Positions 56,787 to 60,236 of a DNA stretch of 60,236 nt are shown here, piece after piece. The stretch comes from a virus (lineage: Duplodnaviria; Caudoviricetes): positions 1 through 60,236 of the IMG/VR virus record IMGVR_UViG_3300032224_001080; one strand, given 5' to 3'. The notes below the pieces were generated by a model. The model made no database searches. It was not told where the DNA came from and saw nothing but the letters and a program-made list of their open reading frames with translations. The translations under genes were made by a program, and so were the position numbers. How positions within the stretch are numbered: position 1 is the stretch's first letter; each line of letters opens with the position of its first letter.

Positions 56787-57482
56787 ATGTTAGAGAAAAA
56801 ATTATTAGAAGAAGTAAAACGTTTTAATGCTATCAACAAGTATAGTAAGAAAATGATCATGGAGCAAGATGCTCCCCCACCTCCAGCGGAAGATCCGTTA
56901 GGTGATGTTCCTCCTCCACCTCCAGCAGGTGACGCAGGTGCACCGACAGATGTTCCTCCTCCACCTCCAGCAGGTGATATGGGTGGTAACATTCCAGCTC
57001 CACCTCCAGCAGGTGGTGATATGGGAGCACCCCCTATGGACGACTCAATGGGTGGTGATACAGAAGAAATTGATATTACAGATTTAGTTAACATGACTAA
57101 AAATATCAAAAATGATCTTGAGAATAACAAACAAGATAATTCTGCGGTTATTAATAAGATGGACGATGTATTCACTAAATTAAATGACTTAGAAAGTAAG
57201 TTGGCTCAAATGGACCAAGTTATGGTGAAGATTGATCAATTAGGTGCAACAGTTGAGGCTAACAAACCTAAAACTGAAGTTGAAAAATTGGAAATGAGAT
57301 CTTTAGATTCATACCCATTCAATGAAAAACCACAAGAGTTCTTTGCACACAAACAAGGTGAAATGAGGGCTAGTGGTAAGAATGAATATGTTTTAACAAA
57401 AGACGATGTTGAAAATTATACTCCAGATAAAGTAAGATCATCATTTAACCAAGATACTGAAAAAGATGAATATAGCTTCTAA
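56787..57482 (+). CDS. hypothetical protein with polyproline repeats and a coiled coil
   Basis: PPPPPAG repeats followed by heptad repeats; N-terminal LLEEVKRF tag. Confidence 0.7.
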   Translation: MLEKKLLEEVKRFNAINKYSKKMIMEQDAPPPPAEDPLGDVPPPPPAGDAGAPTDVPPPPPAGDMGGNIPAPPPAGGDMGAPPMDDSMGGDTEEIDITDLVNMTKNIKNDLENNKQDNSAVINKMDDVFTKLNDLESKLAQMDQVMVKIDQLGATVEANKPKTEVEKLEMRSLDSYPFNEKPQEFFAHKQGEMRASGKNEYVLTKDDVENYTPDKVRSSFNQDTEKDEYSF

Positions 57483-57837
57483 AATAAAGTTCTTAATGGA
57501 ACTTCAGGCTCAAGTTAAGATTAACCATTGGCAAACCAAAGGTTACGCAAGACATAATGCCTTTGATAAGTTATATGAAGGATTAGTTGATTTGACAGAT
57601 ACGTTTGCTGAGGCTGCGATGGGTAAGTATGGTAGATTTACATTAGAAAATGACGATAAATCATTAAATATTGTAAACCTATCCGAATTAGATTTAAAGG
57701 AAATGTTACAAACGTCTAAAGAGGCATTAATCCAATGGACAAGTGAGTTTGATTCAACAGATACGGATATAATGAATATACGTGATGAAATTTTGGGACT
57801 ATTAAATAAAATAACATATCTATTAACATTAGAGTAA
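57466..57837 (+). CDS. Dps/ferritin-like protein (DUF5856-like)
   Basis: HWQTKGYARH.AFD.LY..L....D.FAE...G.YGR and IRDEILG...K..YLL. Confidence 0.75.
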   Translation: MNIASKIKFLMELQAQVKINHWQTKGYARHNAFDKLYEGLVDLTDTFAEAAMGKYGRFTLENDDKSLNIVNLSELDLKEMLQTSKEALIQWTSEFDSTDTDIMNIRDEILGLLNKITYLLTLE

Positions 57838-57852
57838 AACAATTAGAATAAA

Positions 57853-58590
57853 ATGATATCAGGTTCAGTAGCAAAAACAAGTTCGGATACTACCACAGGT
57901 TCGTTATCTTATATAAATAACTTAGTGACAGGTGCAACATCTTCAGGTTCGTATCATATTACGGTATCAAACCAATATATGAATAACACAATGGCGACTC
58001 TATTAAGATCATATGGTTACAATGTAACCACTAGAAATGATTTTATGGGTACCAATAATGATTATGTTATTACTTGGGGAACCATTATAGACCCAACACC
58101 AACACCTACGCCAACACCTACACCCACACCAACACCTGAACCAACTAGTACTCCAACATCAACACCAGCACCAACTAGTACCCCTACACCAACACCTACA
58201 ATTACACCTACATCGACACCAGTACCAACAGCAACACCAACACCTACAGCGGCGGCAACTGCAACACCAACACCAACACCAACGGTAAGTTTATATCAAT
58301 CTTACAACTATTCAATTAGTGCAACTGATTTAGCTGCGGCAACGGGTAATTCAGGTGCTTTAGTAGGGTATAATAACAAAGTTGTTGTTGTAATAACAAA
58401 CGGTTACAATTGTGCTTTCCCAACAGAACGTAACTTTACTTATTCGTTTGGTGCTGCGGGATCGTCATACATTTCATGGTTAATTTCAAGAAAAACAGAT
58501 GTACCGGTAATTGGATATTATCAAAATAATACATTAGTAACTACAGGACTTATTTCAACACAAACAGCGAACCCATCGGTTCCTTGTTAA
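57853..58590 (+). CDS. Thr-Pro-linker virion-associated protein
   Basis: Two small domains joined by a (PT)n stretch of about 65 aa. Confidence 0.65.
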   Translation: MISGSVAKTSSDTTTGSLSYINNLVTGATSSGSYHITVSNQYMNNTMATLLRSYGYNVTTRNDFMGTNNDYVITWGTIIDPTPTPTPTPTPTPTPEPTSTPTSTPAPTSTPTPTPTITPTSTPVPTATPTPTAAATATPTPTPTVSLYQSYNYSISATDLAAATGNSGALVGYNNKVVVVITNGYNCAFPTERNFTYSFGAAGSSYISWLISRKTDVPVIGYYQNNTLVTTGLISTQTANPSVPC

Positions 58591-58615
58591 TAAAAAAATA
58601 CTTTAAAAATAAACT

Positions 58616-58644
58616 AACCCAGATTTTACAGTCTGGGTTTTTTT
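58616..58644 (+). terminator. Rho-independent terminator
   Basis: aacccagat-tttaca-gtctgggtt hairpin plus T run. Confidence 0.8.
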
Positions 58645-58691
58645 ATGTATATTATAACATAAATGATTATTAAAATTTAAATCAAAATCAC

Positions 58692-59534
58692 ATGTCTACA
58701 TTTGACGCAGTACTAAAACAGTACGAACAAAACAAAAACGCCACAAGTGGCAATTCAAACAAGATGTCTTCAGAAGACAGATTAAAACGTTATTTCACAA
58801 CCGTATTACCTAAAGGTTCTAAAGGTGAAGAAAGACGTATCCGTATTTTACCTACAAAAGATGGTTCTTCACCATTTGTAGAGGTTAAATTCCACGAAGT
58901 TCAAGTGGACGGTAAATGGGTAAAATTATATGATCCAGCACAAGAAGGAAAACGTTCTCCATTAAACGAGGTTTGTGAAGGATTAATGATGAGTGGTGTA
59001 GATTCTGATAAAGAATTAGCACGTAACTATCGTTCTCGTAAGTTTTATATCGTTAAGGTGATCGATCGTGATCATGAAGCGGATGGAGTTAAATTTTGGA
59101 GATTTAAACATAATCATAAGGGTGATGGTGTTATTGATAAAATCTTCCCAATCTTCCGTAATAAAGGAGATGTTACCAATCCTGAAAATGGTCGTGACTT
59201 AATCTTGTCATTAACATTGACTAAAGCGGGAACAGGTAAAGAATATACTGTTATCAATTCAGTATTAAACGACGACCCAAGTGCATTACATACTGATGCT
59301 GATGTTGCGAAAACATGGTTGGATGATGAATTAACTTGGTCAGATGTATACTCTAGAAAGAGTGAAGATTATTTGGAAATGGTTGCAAGAGGTGAGGTTC
59401 CACGTTGGGACACTGCAAGTAGCAAATGGGTTTCTAATTTAACAACAGAAGAAACTATCGGAGCACCGAAGTCTTCAACTCCTGTTGTTGACCCACAAGA
59501 TGATGCTGAAGTGGATGGCGACTTGCCATTTTAA
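58692..59534 (+). CDS. gp32: single-stranded DNA-binding protein (T4 gp32-like)
   Basis: RIRILP....SPF....H, FYIVKVIDRD...GVKFWRF, D.TNPENGRDLIL, acidic tail; next to UvsX. Confidence 0.8.
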   Translation: MSTFDAVLKQYEQNKNATSGNSNKMSSEDRLKRYFTTVLPKGSKGEERRIRILPTKDGSSPFVEVKFHEVQVDGKWVKLYDPAQEGKRSPLNEVCEGLMMSGVDSDKELARNYRSRKFYIVKVIDRDHEADGVKFWRFKHNHKGDGVIDKIFPIFRNKGDVTNPENGRDLILSLTLTKAGTGKEYTVINSVLNDDPSALHTDADVAKTWLDDELTWSDVYSRKSEDYLEMVARGEVPRWDTASSKWVSNLTTEETIGAPKSSTPVVDPQDDAEVDGDLPF

Positions 59535-59588
59535 TTAATAACGGAGGGGTGGAGATAACGTCAGAAACCCCATTTTTAAAACAATATT

Positions 59589-60236
59589 ATGGCAGGTATA
59601 AAAAAGACTGATTTTTCAGCAATTAAAAAGAAGTTCTCGAAAGAGGCAGAATATAAACCAGATCGTTTCTTTGATTTGGGTGATGCTTTCTTAGATGCTT
59701 GTGGTATTCCAGGTCCTGCAATGGGACATATCAATATGTTATTAGGACATAGTGATACAGGTAAAACTACGGCACTTGTAAAGGCTGCGGTTGATGCACA
59801 AAAGAAAGGAGTAGTTCCTGTATTTGTTATCACCGAACAAAAATGGAGTTGGGATCATGCGGAATTAATGGGATTTAATAAAGACGGAGATTATCTTTTC
59901 AATAGTGATTTTGAATATATCGAACAAATCACAGAGTATATTAATGAATTATTAGATGCACAAGAGAAAGGAGATTTACCTCACGATTTATTGATCTTAT
60001 GGGATTCAGTAGGTTCAGTTCCATGTAAAATGACTTACGATGGTAAAGGTGGTAAACAACACAATGCATCGGTATTAGCTGACAAAATTGGAATGGGAAT
60101 CAACCAACGTATCTCAGGTTCAAGAAGAACAGATAAACCTTATACAAACACATTAATCATTGTTAATCAACCTTGGGTAGAATTACCTGATAATCCTTTT
60201 GGACAACCTAAAATTAAAGCAAAAGGTGGAGAAGCA
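59589..60236 (+). CDS. uvsX: RecA/UvsX-like recombinase (partial, runs off the window)
   Basis: Manual translation MAGIKKTDF...GHSDTGKT (Walker A)...AQKKG...ILWDSVGS (Walker B)...IIVNQ...KAKGGEA, open to the end of the window. Confidence 0.88.
   Translation, partial: MAGIKKTDFSAIKKKFSKEAEYKPDRFFDLGDAFLDACGIPGPAMGHINMLLGHSDTGKTTALVKAAVDAQKKGVVPVFVITEQKWSWDHAELMGFNKDGDYLFNSDFEYIEQITEYINELLDAQEKGDLPHDLLILWDSVGSVPCKMTYDGKGGKQHNASVLADKIGMGINQRISGSRRTDKPYTNTLIIVNQPWVELPDNPFGQPKIKAKGGEA

Noticed and set aside
56904-57016. 29-nt exact direct repeat GATGTTCCTCCTCCACCTCCAGCAGGTGA (two copies plus a partial)
   Set aside because: In-frame coding repeat (DVPPPPPAG) with spacers too short for a CRISPR array; no cas genes.
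59546-59571. GGGGT...ACCCC hairpin between SSB and UvsX
   Set aside because: Five-bp stem with a 16-nt loop; too weak to call as a terminator or regulatory RNA.
59576-59833. 85-aa minus-strand ORF in the track
   Set aside because: Antisense to the RecA/UvsX-like gene, which the track omitted because it has no stop codon in the window.
1-60236. Alternative genetic code (stop-codon reassignment) as in some large phages
   Set aside because: Core genes are full length under code 11, and TAG and TGA act as real stops (for example at 33784, 43548 and 17986).

Overview
A low-GC (about 30% by eye), densely coding 60 kb segment of a large T4-like contractile-tailed phage. The host is probably a Bacteroidota (Flavobacteria-like) bacterium, based on a Flavobacterium-type bS21, TTTG-N20-TAnnTTTG promoters, A-rich translation starts without Shine-Dalgarno sequences, and a DUF4494-like gene. 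It contains the head module (prohead protease, scaffold, major capsid), neck, sheath, tube, chaperone, tape-measure and baseplate genes, a gp55-like late sigma factor, and replication genes (PolB, SNF2-type helicase, gp32-like SSB, UvsX/RecA). Auxiliary genes include ribosomal protein bS21, pterin dehydratase, a flavoprotein, PhoH, dUTPase, a Dps-like protein, a WYL protein and three glycosyltransferases. The main leads are: (1) a candidate virion O-glycosylation system, where an [S/T]-G-x-T motif is strongly enriched in outer virion proteins alongside Thr-Pro mucin-like linkers and phage glycosyltransferases; (2) shared short amphipathic tags on enzymes and on the scaffold C-terminus that may route cargo into the capsid; (3) an unannotated +1 (or -2) programmed frameshift at UUU-UUU-CGU in the tail chaperone; (4) a parS-like palindrome next to ACTRGA iteron-like clusters; (5) a TATTTAT(A/T) late-promoter motif, the reverse complement of the T4 late box. 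All product calls come from motif recognition by eye. No database searches were run, and motif counts are manual.
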